A stretch of 64,000 bases of DNA from Pristiophorus japonicus (lineage: Eukaryota). Of the stretch, positions 48,740-60,176 are shown piece by piece. How positions within the stretch are numbered: the first letter of the stretch is position 1; every line of letters starts with the position of its first letter. A program made the position numbers and the translations under genes. Below the pieces are notes generated by a model. That model was given only the letters and a program-made list of their open reading frames with translations, did not search any database and had not been told where the DNA came from. The stretch lies in the NCBI RefSeq assembly GCF_044704955.1, contig NC_091991.1, positions 17,856,001 to 17,920,000 on the forward strand, read 5' to 3'.

Positions 48740-51700
48740 GCCCCACGTGACGGAGAGGCGGGAGTGTGAGCAGCAGGGAGTCCGGGGAGGTCGGAGGCCT
48801 ACAAATGGCCCAGCTGGTGCAGCTGAAGCAGGGAGGCAAAAAGAAGTAGAAAGAAATCGAAAGGTGACATCACAGCCAAGGGGGTAAGTGATTGGCTGGT
48901 GATTGGTAAGTAGTTTTTCTTTTTCTTTTCTATATCAGTAAGTGACATTTCGCATTGTTGTTGCCAATTTAAGTTAATCTAAGGGTTAAGACATGGCAGG
49001 AGAGCTCGGACACGTGTGATGCTCCTCCTGTACTATGTGGGAAGTCAGGGACGCTTCCGGTGTCCCTGTCGACTACGTGTGCGGGAAGTGTGTCCACCTC
49101 CAGCTCCTGACGGACCGCATTGCGGCACTGGAACTGCGGGTGGATTCACTCTGGAGCATGCACGATGCTGAGAATGACGTGAATAGTACGTTTAGTGAGT
49201 TGGTCTCACTGCAGGTAAAGGGTACCCAGCCAGATAGTAAATGGGTGACCAACAGGAAGAGCAGTGGAAGGAAGGTAGTGCAGGGGTCCACTGCAGTCAT
49301 CCCCCTGCAAAACAGATACACCGCTTTGAGTACTGTTGAGGGGGACGACTCATTAGGGGAGGGCAGCAGTAGCCAAGTTCATGGCACTGTGGCTGGCTCT
49401 GCTGCACAGGAGGGCAGGAAAAAGATTGGGAGAGCTATAGTGATAGGGCATTCGATTGTAAGGGGAATAGATAGGCGTTTCTGCGGCCGCAACTGAGACT
49501 CCAGGATGGTATGTTGCCTCCCTGGTGCAAGGGTCAAGGATGTCTCGGAGCGGGTGCAGGACATTCTGAAATGGGAGGTTGAACAGCCAGTTGTCGTGGT
49601 GCACATAAGTACCAATGATATAGGTAAAAAAACGATATGAGGTCCTACGAGATGAATTTAGGGAGCTAGGAGCTAAATTAAAAAATAGGACCTCAAAAGT
49701 AGTAATCTCAGTATTGCTACCAGTGCCACGTGCTAGTCAGATTAGGAATTGCAGGATAGCTCAGATGAATACGTGGCTTGAGGAATGGTGCAAAAGGGAG
49801 GGATTCAAATTCCTGCGACATTGGAACCGGTTCTGGGGGAGGTGGGACCAGTACAAACCAGAAGGTCTGCACCTGGGCAGGACCGGAACCAATGTCCTGG
49901 TTGGAGTGTTTGCTAGTGCTGTTGGGGAGGAGTTAAACTAACATGGCAGGGGGATGGGAACCTATGCAGAGAGATAGAGGGAAATAAAATGGAGGCAGAA
50001 GCAAAAGATAGAAAGGAGAATAGTAAAAGTGGAGGGCAGAGAAACCCAAGGCAAAAAACAAAAAGAGCCACATTACAGCAACATTCTAAAGGGGCAAAGT
50101 GTGTTAAAAAGACAAGCCTGAAGGCTCTGTGCCTCAATACAAGGAGTATTCGGAATAAGGTGGATGAATTAACTGCGCAGACAGCAGTTAACGGATATGA
50201 TGTAATTGGCATCACAGAGATATGGCTCCAGCGTGACCAAGGCTGGCAACTCAACATGCAGGGGTATTCAACATTTAGGAAGGATAGGCAGAGAGGAAAA
50301 GCAGGCGGGGTGGCGTTGCTGGTTAAAGAGGAAATTAATGTAATAATAAGGAGGGACATTAGCCTGGAGGATGTGGAATCGGTATGGGTGGAGCTGCGGA
50401 ATACCAAAGGGCAGAAAACGCTAGTGGGAGTTGTGTACAGACCACCAAACAGTAGTAGTGAGTTTGGGGACAGCACCAAACAAGAAATAAGGGATGTGTG
50501 CAATAAAGGTACAGCAGTAATCATGGGCGACTTTAATCTACATATTGATTGGGCTAACCAAACTGGTAGTAATGCGGTGGAGGAGGATTTCCTGGAGTGT
50601 ATTAGGGATGGATTTCTCGAACAATATGTCGAGAAACCAAGTGGTGAGCTGGTCATCCTAGACTGGGTGATGTGTAATGAGAAGCGACTAATTAGCAATC
50701 TTGTTGTGCGAGGCCCCTTGGGGAAGAGTGACCATAATATGGTAGAATTCTTTATTAAGACGGAGAGTGACACAGTTAATTCGGAAACTAGGGTCCTGAA
50801 CTTAAGGAAAGGTAACTTCGACAGTATGGGGGGTGAATTGGCTAGAATAGACTGGCAGAGGATACTTAAAGGGTTGACGGTGGAGAAGCAATGGCAAACA
50901 TTTAAAGATCACATGGATGAACTTCAGCAATTGTACATCCCTGTCTGGAGTAAAAATATAATGGGGAAGGTGGCTCAACCGTGGCTAACAAGGAAATTAA
51001 GGATAGTGTTAAAACCAAGGAAGAGGCATATAAATTAGCCAGAAAAAGCAACAAACCTGAGGACTGGGAGAAATTTAGAATTCAACAGAGGAGGACTAAG
51101 GTTTAATTAAGAGGGGGGAAATAGAGTACGAGAGGAAGCTTGCAGGGAACATAAAAACTGACTGCAAAAGCTTCTATAAATATGTGAAGAGAAAAAGATT
51201 AGTGAAGACAAATGTAGGTCCCTTGCAGTCGGATTCAAGTGAATTTATAATGGGGAACAAAAAAATGGCAGACCAATTGAACAAATACTTCAGGTCTGTC
51301 TTCACGAAGGAAGACAAGAATAACCTTTCGAATGTACTAGAGGACAGTGGGTCTAATGAGAAGGAGGAACTGAAGGATATCCTTATCAGGCGGGAAACTG
51401 TGTTAGGGAAATTGATGGGATTAAAGGCCTATAAATCCCCAGGGCCTGATAGTCTGCATCCTAGAGTACTTAAGGAAGTAGCCCTAGAAATAGTGGATGC
51501 ATTGATGATCATTTTTCAACAGTCTATCGACTCTGGATCAGTTCCTATGGACTGGAGGGTAGCTAATGTAACACCACTTTTTAAAAACGGAGAGAGAGAG
51601 AAAAAGGGTAATTATCTACTGGTTAGCCTGACATCAGTGGTAGGGAAAATGTTGGAATCAATCATTAAGGATGAAATAGCAGTGCATTTGGAAAGCAGTG

Positions 51701-53322
51701 ACAGGATCGGTCCAAGTCAGCATAGATTTATGAAAGGGAAATCATGCTTGACGAATCTTCTGCAATTTTTTGAGGATGTAACTAGCAGAGTGGATAAGGG
51801 AGAACCAGTGGATGTGGTGTATTTGGACTTTCAAAAGGCTTTTGACAAGGTCCCGCACAAGAGATTGGTGTGCAAAGTCAAAGCTCATGGTATTGGGGGT
51901 AATGTACTGAAGTGGATAGAGAACTGGTTGGCAGACAGGAAGCAGAGAGTCAGGATAAACGGGTCCTTTTCAGAATGGCAGGCAGTGACTAGTGGAGTGC
52001 CGCAGGGCTCAGTGCTGGGACCCCAGCTCTTTACAATATACATTAACGATTTGGATGAAGGAATTAAATGTAATATCTCCAAGTTTGCAGATGATACTAA
52101 ACTGGTGGCAGTGTGAGCTGTGAGAGGGACGCTAAGAGGCTGCAGGGTGACTTGGACAGGTTAGGTGAGTGGGCAACTGCATGGCAGATGCAGTATAATG
52201 TGGATAAATGTGAGGTTATCCATTTTGGGGGCAAAAACACGAAGGCAGAATATTATCTGAATGGCGGCAGATTAGGAAAAGAGGAGGTGCAATGAGACCA
52301 GAGGTCACAGTCTAAGGATAAGGGGTAAGCCATTTAGGACCGAGATGCGGAGGAACTTCTTCACCCAGAGAGTGGTGAACCTGTGGAATTCTCTACCACA
52401 GAAAGTTGTTGAGGCCAATTCACTAAATATATTCAAAAAGGAGTTAGATGAGGTCCTTACTACTAGGGGGATCAAGGGGTATGGCGAGAAAGCAGGAATG
52501 GGGTACTGATGTTGAATGTTCAGCCATGAACTCATTGAATGGTGCAGGCTAGAAGGGCCGAATGGCCTACTCCTGCACCTATTTTCTATGTTTCTATGTT
52601 CCTATGTCATGGTTCATCAGTCATTGAAGGTTGGCATGCAGATACAGCAGGCAGTGAAGAAGGCAAATGGTATGTTGGCCTTCATAGCTAGGGGATTTGA
52701 GAATACGAGCAGGGAGGTCTTACTGCAGTTGCACAGGGCCTTAGTGAGGTCTCGCCTGGAATATTGTGTTCAGTTTTGGTCTCCTAATCTGAGGAAGGAC
52801 ATTCTTGCTATTGAGGGAGTGCAGCGAAAGTTCACCAGACTAATTCCAGGGATGGCTGGACTGTCATATGAGGAGAGACTGAATCAAATGGGCCTTTATT
52901 CACTGGAGTTTAGAAGGATGAGAGGGGATTTCATAGAAACATATAAGATTCTGACGGGACTGGACAGGTTAGATGTGGGAAGAATGTTCCCGATGTTGGG
53001 GAAATCCAGAACCAGGGGACATAGTCTTAGGATAAGGGATGGGCCATTTAGGACTGAGATGAGGAGAAACTTCTTCACTCAGAGAGCTGTTAACCTATGG
53101 AATTCCCTGCCGCAGAGAGTTGTTGATGCCAGTTCATTGGATATATTCAAGAGGGAGTTCGATATGGCCCTTACGGCTAAGGGGATCAAAGGGTATGGAG
53201 AGAAAGCAGGAAAAGGGTACTGAGGGAATGATCAGCCATGATCTTATTGAATGGCGATGCAGGCTTGAAGGGCCGAATGGCCTACTCCTGCACCTATTTT
53301 CTATGTTTCTATGTTTCTATGT
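48740..53322 (+). mobile_element. Near full-length CR1 LINE (5' UTR, ORF1, ORF2; inactivated)
   Basis: ORF1 at about 48993-49941 has a Cys motif (CSSC...CGKC) and an SGNH-esterase-like region (VIGHSIVR, CLPGA, VHISTND, GLHL). ORF2 has APE endonuclease (GITEIWL, MGDFN, SDHNMV) and RT ([25 protein letters not shown]). Ends in an 8-bp repeat tail. Confidence 0.96.
52300..52605 (+). mobile_element. CR1 3' fragment nested inside the long CR1
   Basis: The host jumps at GAGACC to RGHSLRIRG and a tail, then resumes at GTCATGG. Confidence 0.9.
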
Positions 53323-53499
53323 TAACCTCAGCTGCTTATTTGCCACTCTAGGCCGAGACCAGTTATTCGCAACCCTATCATCATCCCAGTTGAGGTCAGC
53401 TGACAGAACACACCAAGAACCAAATCTGGGACCTTCCCAGCCTGGAAAGGCTAATTGCAGGCTGGGGACTTGGGGGTAAGAATAGTTGAAGAAATCCCA

Positions 53500-54111
53500 T
53501 TACAGAATTGAAAAGTAGGAAAGTTATGCTTAACCTGTATCGAATCTTGATTAGACCACACTTAGAGTACTGCGTACAGTTCTGGTCGCCACATTATAAA
53601 AAGGATATAAAGGCACTGGAGAGGGTGCAGAGAAAATTTACAAGGATATACATATCAGGAAAGGATGAACAGGCTGGGCCTCTTTTCTCTTGAAAAAAGA
53701 AGGCTAAGGGATGACCTAATAGAGGTCTTTAAAATTATGAAAGGTTTTCATGGAGCGGATACAGAAAGAATGTTTCCATTTGTGGGGAAGAGCATAAGTA
53801 GAAGCCATCAATATAAGATTGTCACCAAGAAATCCAATAAGGAATTCAGAAGAAACTTATTTACCCAAAGAGTGGTGAGAATGTGGAACTCGCTACCACA
53901 GGGAGTGGTTGAAGCGAATAGTGTCGATGCATTTATGGGGAGGCAAGACAAGCATATGAGGGAGAAGGGACTCGAGGGTTATGCTGATAGATTTAGATGA
54001 GGAAAGTCGGGAGGAGGCTCAAGTGGAGCAGAAACGCTGGTATGGACTAGTTGGACCAAATGGCCTGTTTCTGTGCCATATATCCTATGTAATCCTATGT
54101 AATCCTATGTA
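53500..54111 (+). mobile_element. CR1 3' fragment, second family, with an (ATCCTATGTA)n tail
   Basis: RPHLEYCVQFWSPHYKKDI and LGLFSLEKRRLRDDLIEVFK, ending in a 10-bp tail repeat. Confidence 0.92.
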
Positions 54112-55326
54112 AACAATAGTCTCCAGTGCCATCTGCTTACCATAAAATGCATGCAGCAAAATTTAGCTTTTTCTTTGTTTGTAACTTATAATACTATCAA
54201 TATTTTAAAATGCCCCTATTGTTAGAATATCTCCTGAAAACATATTTAAGATATAAACAGAAAAGGCTGGAAATACTCAGCAGGTCAGGCAGCATAGGCC
54301 TGAGACTTCTTTAGTGCAAACCGTATTAGCTGGACTTCCCCAATACTATACTTTAATCAGCGGCATAGACATTTTTGTGCATTATTTTGTTTCGTTTAAG
54401 TTTACTTCTCATTTATGGAGCTAGCCACACGACAGCTTGAACTACTTTAGGAATTTTTTTTTAAAGCATCTATTTACCCCCATTCATCTTCCCAGAGTGG
54501 CTGCGCCTGTTATGAATTAAGCATTGCCTGCGAACTGTGAATATGATGTGGTTTGCTTTTAAGACAATCAGAGACATTTCTGCATATCTGTGGAATGGAC
54601 ATCAAGTTGAGAAAGTTTTAAGTGTGTCAAGTGTCATCTAATTCTGCAGCAGCAGATGAGTCCTAAATTGCAAAGAGCCTTTCATTGCAAAATATGCTAA
54701 AAGAAACGGTGCCTATATCTAAAAAAATAAGAATATGTAACAGGAAACGAGATGATAGAGAAAGAAATAAATGGGGCCAAATCGCACTGTGCAATATTAG
54801 CATGCAAATATATTCATAGATTTGTGTGAAATTCCTTTGTCTGCCAGTTTAAGGGGAGCTTTAACCGATTTATTTTAAATTCTTTCATTAAAATGGCAAC
54901 TAAAGACATTTTACAAAGGTAAATGAATGCATTTGTAACCTGATATTGCACAGCAGATGATTTCAAAACACAATGGGGGAAAAATTCTGTTGTGCCCCGC
55001 TTGTGGGCGGTAATACTCGCCAGGCGTGGGACTTTGCACGAGGCACAGAAGTCCCGCCTCTTGCGAGAAATTGGGGTTACCACCCTCGAAAGGAAGTGGA
55101 GTGCAAAATAACAAGCTCTACTTCCTGTCTGGGGCAGTACTGGGGCGGACAGTTGGGGATTGGGGCGCTCGACTCAGCAGTGCTCGCACTGGGCTGTATA
55201 GCGCTGCCGGATAGGAGGGGCTCATCCCGGAATTAAAGGGAAGGGCACAAGCTGCATACTCTACATTATAAAAAGGGTTCTACCTGCACCACCGGGGAGC
55301 GCGGATGCCCCGCGATCAGTCCGGTA

Positions 55327-55743
55327 CTAACCCTGACCATAACTCTAACTCTAACTCGAACCTTAACCCTAACCCTAACCAGAACGCGAACCCGAACCCT
55401 AACACTAACTCTAACTCTAACTCTAATTCTAACCCTAACCCTAACCCTAACCCTAACTCTAACTTTAATTCTAACTCTAACTCTAACTCTAACCCTAACC
55501 CTTNNNNNNNNNNNNNNNNNNNNNNNNNNNNNNNNNNNNNNNNNNNNNNNNNNNNNNNNNNNNNNNNNNNNNNNNNNNNNNNNNNNNNNNNNNNNNNNNN
55601 NNNNNNNNNNNNNNNNNNNNNNNNNNNNNNNNNNNNNNNNNNNNNNNNNNNNNNNNNNNNNCCTAACACTAACGCTAACCCTAACCCTAACTATAACTCT
55701 AACCCTAACCCCAACCCTATCTCTAACCCTAACCCTAACCCTA
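55327..55743. repeat. Degenerate telomere-like (CCCTAA/CTCTAA)n array spanning an assembly gap
   Basis: Hexamers CCCTAA, CTCTAA, CCCGAA and CACTAA on both sides of the N run. Confidence 0.92.
55504..55661. other. Assembly gap (158 N)
   Basis: Run of N. Confidence 1.
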
Positions 55744-56549
55744 GGTGAGTGGACAAATGCATGGCAGATGCAGTATAATGTGGATAAGTGTGAGGTTATC
55801 CACTTTGGTGGCAAAAACAGAAGGCAGATTATTACCTGAATGGTACATTAGTCATTGAAAGTAGGCATGCAGGTACAGCAGGCAGTTAAGAAAGCAAATG
55901 GCATGTTGGCCTTCATAGCGAGAGGATTTGACTATAGGAACAGGGAGGTCTTGCTGCAGTTGTACAGGGCCTTGGTGAGACCACAACTTGAGTATTGTGT
56001 GCAATTTTGGTCTCCTAATCTGAGGAAGGACATTCTTGCTATTGAGGGAGTGCAGCGAAGGTTCACCAGACTGATTCCCGGGATGGCAGGACTGACATAT
56101 GAGGAAAGACTGGATCGACTAGGCTTATATTCACTGGAATTTAGAAGAATGAGAGGGGATCTCATAGAAGCATATAAAATTCTGATGGGATTGGACAGGT
56201 TAGATGCAGGAAGAATGTTCCCTATGTTGGGAAAGTCCAGAACCAGGGATCACAGTCTAAGAATAACGGGTAAGCCATATAGGACCGAGATGAGGAGAAA
56301 CTTTTTCACCCAGAGAATTGTGAACCTGTGGAATTCTCTGCCACAGAAAGTTGTTGAGTCCAGTTCGTTGGATATATTCAAAAGGGAGTTAGATGTGGCC
56401 CTTACAGCTAAAGGGATCAGGGGGTATGGAGAGAAGGCAGGAGCGGGGTACTGAAGTTGCATGATCAGCCATGATCATATTGAATGGTGGTGCAGGCTCG
56501 AAGGGCCGAATGGCCTGCTCCTGCACCTATTTTCTATGTTTTTCTATTT
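55742..56549 (+). mobile_element. CR1 3' fragment
   Basis: Starts TAGGTGAGTGG. ORF 55855-56454 and a TTTTCTATG tail. Confidence 0.95.
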
Positions 56550-57484
56550 TAACCCTACTCAAGCAGAGTGCCGGGCTGACCGATCGTGGCATGGACCTCG
56601 TGTCCAAAGTGGCAATGGGGCGCACAAGAAAAATGCACATCGCAGCCAGCCACCTCCCCTTTAACTTTCGCCCCGCTAGCAGCCAGCCGCCCGGTACGCG
56701 TCCCCTGTCGCTGGCATCGCCCGCCACAGCTTCAGGGGGCGATACCCAATTTAGGGTCCGAGATACTAACTGGGCGCTGCGCACGGCGATCTCCGGGCGC
56801 AGGAAATCGGGGCACAATGCCGCTAAAGACCCGCCAAATTTCGGGGGAGTTGTGAGCAGGGCTGCGCCCAGTCACAAAGTCGTTCGTGCCCCGTTAGCAC
56901 GGAGGCGCAAATGACCCGAATTTACCCCCCCACCCCCCCCCGCCCTCCCCCAGTGTCTACAGAATAAACAAAGTATTTAAACAGCGATTTAAAGAAAAAT
57001 TATATATATAATACAGAAAATGTGAGAAGTGTAGGGTCGGTCAGCTTCTGAAGGAGGGATGTTTCAAAAGAAACACTGAAGAAATTCCTTTCGCCAAAAC
57101 CGATTACAGTGCTTGAAATGGGAACTTCACTTTGTTGTCTGGATAAATTGCATCAGATTGTCTTTGAAGTTAAATGGAGTTTGTTAAAAACCCTTGATCA
57201 ACCAGGATAATGGAGAAGGAGCTTTCACCCTGTAAATAATGGAATTCCACCTCCTTGAAATTACCTACTGGTTCTCCTCATAATTACAATGGTTTTCTAT
57301 AAAATTATAATACGGAATAAAATCACAATAAATTATAATATATTCAAAACGTAATACAACAACTGAATGAAGTGTAGCATAACAAATGAATAAAATGCAA
57401 TGTATTGTTCAATGGAAAGTGTAATCGGACGGGATACAAAACAGGCAGCTGATCCGATCCGGTCTGTTTGCCACTGGGCAGGTT

Positions 57485-58064
57485 CATCATCATCATAGGC
57501 AGTCCCTCGGAACCGAGGAAGACTAGCTTCCACTCTAAACATGTCCTTAGGTGGCTGAACAGTCTAATACGAGAGCCACAGTCCCTGGCACAGGTGGGAC
57601 AGATAGTCGTTGAGGGAAAGGGAGGGTGGGACTGGTTTGCCGCATGCTCTTTCCGCTGCTGCGCTTGATTTCTGCATGCTCTCGGCGATGAGACTCAAGG
57701 TGCTCAGCGCCCTCCCGGATGCACTTCCCCCACTTAGGGCGGTCTTTGGCCAGGGACTCCCAGGTGTCATTGGGGATGTTGCACTTTATCAGGGAGGCTT
57801 TGAGGGTGTCCTTGTAACGTTTCCTCTGCCCACCTTTGGTTCATTTGCCATGAAGGAGTTCCAAGTAGAGCGCTTGCTTTGGGAGTCTCGTGTCAGGCAT
57901 GCAAACAGTGTGGCCCGCCCAGCGGAGCTGATCAAGTGTGGTCAGTGCTTCAATGCTGGGGATGTTGGCCTGGTCGAGGACGCTAATGTTGGTGCGTCTG
58001 TCCTCCCAGGGGGATTTGCAGGAACTTGCGGAGACATCGTTGGTGGTATTTCTCCAGCGACTTG
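57485..58064 (-). mobile_element. RTE LINE 3' end
   Basis: Minus strand KRYKDTLKASLIKCNIP..TWESLAKDRPKW, and tail GAGGGACTGCCTA(TGA)n. Confidence 0.9.
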
Positions 58065-58144
58065 AGACTTGGGCAGGTAGGTTAGCTTAAAATGACCCCC
58101 AATGTGTCTTGTATGAGAGTGGTGTGAGCATCTCGTGCTGCTTA

Positions 58145-58310
58145 CGACAGAGGTGAGGCGAGAGTGACTGTCCTTGATATCAAGGCAGCATTTGACCGAG
58201 CGGGGGACCAAAGAGCCCGAGTAAAACTGAAGCCATTCGGATCACGAGAAAAACTCTCTGGTGGCTGGAATCATACCTGGCGGCTAGGAAGATGCCTGTG
58301 GTAGTTCCCT
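58145..58310 (+). mobile_element. LINE RT fragment
   Basis: RVTVLDIKAAFDR...WWLESYL. Confidence 0.7.
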
Positions 58311-58438
58311 GATATCTCTCAACCATACTTCCTGCTGGCGCACCTCGCTGCTTGGGTCGCGTCATCATATTACAAATGTGACATTCGGACATCACACTGC
58401 CTGTGAATTGGTTTATTGCATTATCTGAAGGACTGCCA

Positions 58439-59410
58439 GGCCGGAATTTTGTGGAGGAAGGCAGATTGGGGGGCAGCGAGGGCTCCAAGGCAGGGCCTGC
58501 TTTGCATGCGAGATTGAGAAGCTGGCTGGCTGCGGGCAGGTAGTCCTTCAGCTGAACAGAGGAGAGAAGAAGGCTTCAAGTGATGGCCAGGCCATTAAGT
58601 GGATCGGGATGTGAGGGTGGGTGGGGGGAGGGGGGGGGGGTGCGGTGGAGGGGAGCGAATCAGGGGTCAGGCAGATGATTGGGGGGGCGGTGAGAGAGGA
58701 TCGGTTGTTGGGGGTGGTGAAGGGAAGATCGTGGACGGTCTGAGCATCATCGGTTGGGGGCAGGGAGGGCTCGGAAATCAATCGAAGGCCTCGTGAGGGG
58801 GTCTCCAATCGCAGGGGTTGGGTTAGGCAGGGACTTTAGATCCAGGATGTCATGTATCCTACATGACTATTGTTGGTACTATCACAAGGTGTGCCACCAG
58901 AGGGCACAGCAGTGGGAGACTTGTAGGTTACCTGTACAGGTGTGCCTGGCCTAGTACAAAAGGCAGGCCACCATGTGTGATCCTCACTCTGGAGTTAACT
59001 AATAAAGGACTAAGGTCACGACAGTTCAAGTACAACACATTGCCTCGTGGAGTCATTACTAGAGCATCTAAGGACACAACACAGGAGGTAGGTATAAAGC
59101 AACTTACCTCCTGGATCCACGAGTCCCTGCCTCGGTTTAACTGCCGCGTTTCACGGATTGTGTGAGACCCGTCCACGCGCAGCGAAATTCAAAGTGCAGG
59201 TTAAAAAAAGAGGCTTCCAGCCTCATTAAAATATTTAAATTGGTGTTCCGCCCCTAGGAGCGGGTTGGCCGCCCCTGTTCCGCCCCGCCTCCGTCAAAAC
59301 AGGAAGTGGGCTGGTTGGAGGCAGGGTCAGTTCGGGAAGCGCCATTTTTAATAATATAACTACCCCCACACTCCAAACACACACGTTTTTTTTAAGGTTA
59401 AAATTGCCCC
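58439..59410. mobile_element. Harbinger-type MITE containing a solo LTR
   Basis: Ends GGCCGGAATTTT / AAAATTGCCCC. Right arm is homologous to 30360-30660. Confidence 0.65.
58848..59081 (+). mobile_element. Solo LTR (Gypsy-like)
   Basis: TGTCATG...CACAACA. TSD CAGGA at 58843-58847 and 59082-59086. TATA-like TACAAAAG and AATAAA. Confidence 0.92.
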
Positions 59411-59509
59411 CTCGATGTCTGTGAATGCCTGTTTAAGCAGGGATTTGACAATACCTCTAATGTTAACGTTGTTACCTATTCTGCCACTGCTATTTGTCCT
59501 TGGAGTTCG

Positions 59510-59807
59510 GCAGCATAGTGGTTATATATTGGGGCTAGTAATCCAGAGGCCAGAACTAATGGTGACCATGAAACTACTGGATTGTTGTAAAAACCCGTCT
59601 GGTTACGAAGGAAATCTGCCCTCCTTACCCAGTCTGGCCTACGTGTGACTCCAGAAGCACAGCAATGTGGTTGATTCTTAATGGCCTAGCAAGACACTCA
59701 GTTGTATCCAAAAATGCCTCTCCCCAGCTTCTCGAGGTCAATTCGGGATGGGCATTAAATGTTGCCCTTGCCGGCAATGCCCACATCCTATGAATGAATT
59801 TAAAAAA
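59510..59807 (+). mobile_element. tRNA-derived SINE
   Basis: A-box-like GCATAGTGG head, central GTAAAAACCC...GGAAATCTGCC...GTGACTCCAG, tail CCCACATCCTATGAATGAATTTAAAAAA. Confidence 0.8.
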
Positions 59808-60157
59808 GCATGTAGCCCAGTATAATTCTAATAAGCCCAGAATAGTTCAACCACAACATGGATTCAAATATCTCTTCCCCTTTCCCCGCCCTGTAACAAA
59901 TACCCCTGTAGCGCATTTTGACTGAAGTCCGACGATTAGTAAAGATTATTTTTTGAGAAACCTGACTTTTTAAAAGTAAGCTTCACTATTCATCTTAGTC
60001 TGCGCTGATTTAATGCAATCCTCACATGATAATGTTACTTGTAAGAAGACAGAACTTCCCATATTGATACTTGAGATGATTGTTCTGATACTCTTTTCGA
60101 GGGCTGGCATCACTTCAATCCCTAATACACTTTCCAAACACGTTCAAATTTAAAGAT

Positions 60158-60176
60158 GCCAGCACCATCTAGTGGA
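60158..60176 (-). promoter_or_regulatory. CTCF consensus motif in unique DNA
   Basis: Minus strand TCCACTAGATGGTGCTGGC fits CCASYAGRKGGCR with one change. Motif only; binding not shown. Confidence 0.55.

Larger units (their letters stand above)
54975..56929. mobile_element. Harbinger-type MITE hosting the telomere-like array and a CR1
   Basis: Ends GGGGGAAAAATTC / GAATTTACCCCC. GC-rich arms at 54975-55327 and 56550-56929. Confidence 0.7.

Noticed and set aside
55327-55743. A true chromosome end
   Set aside because: The array is short and degenerate, and arms of the same MITE lie on both sides.
55266-55814. (RV)n, (NP)n and (LG/LE)n ORFs
   Set aside because: Translations of the hexamer array and the N gap.
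57040-57245. Minus-strand acceptor CCATTATTTACAG as an upstream exon for the 44258 candidate
   Set aside because: All three frames stop within about 20 codons and no donor is evident.
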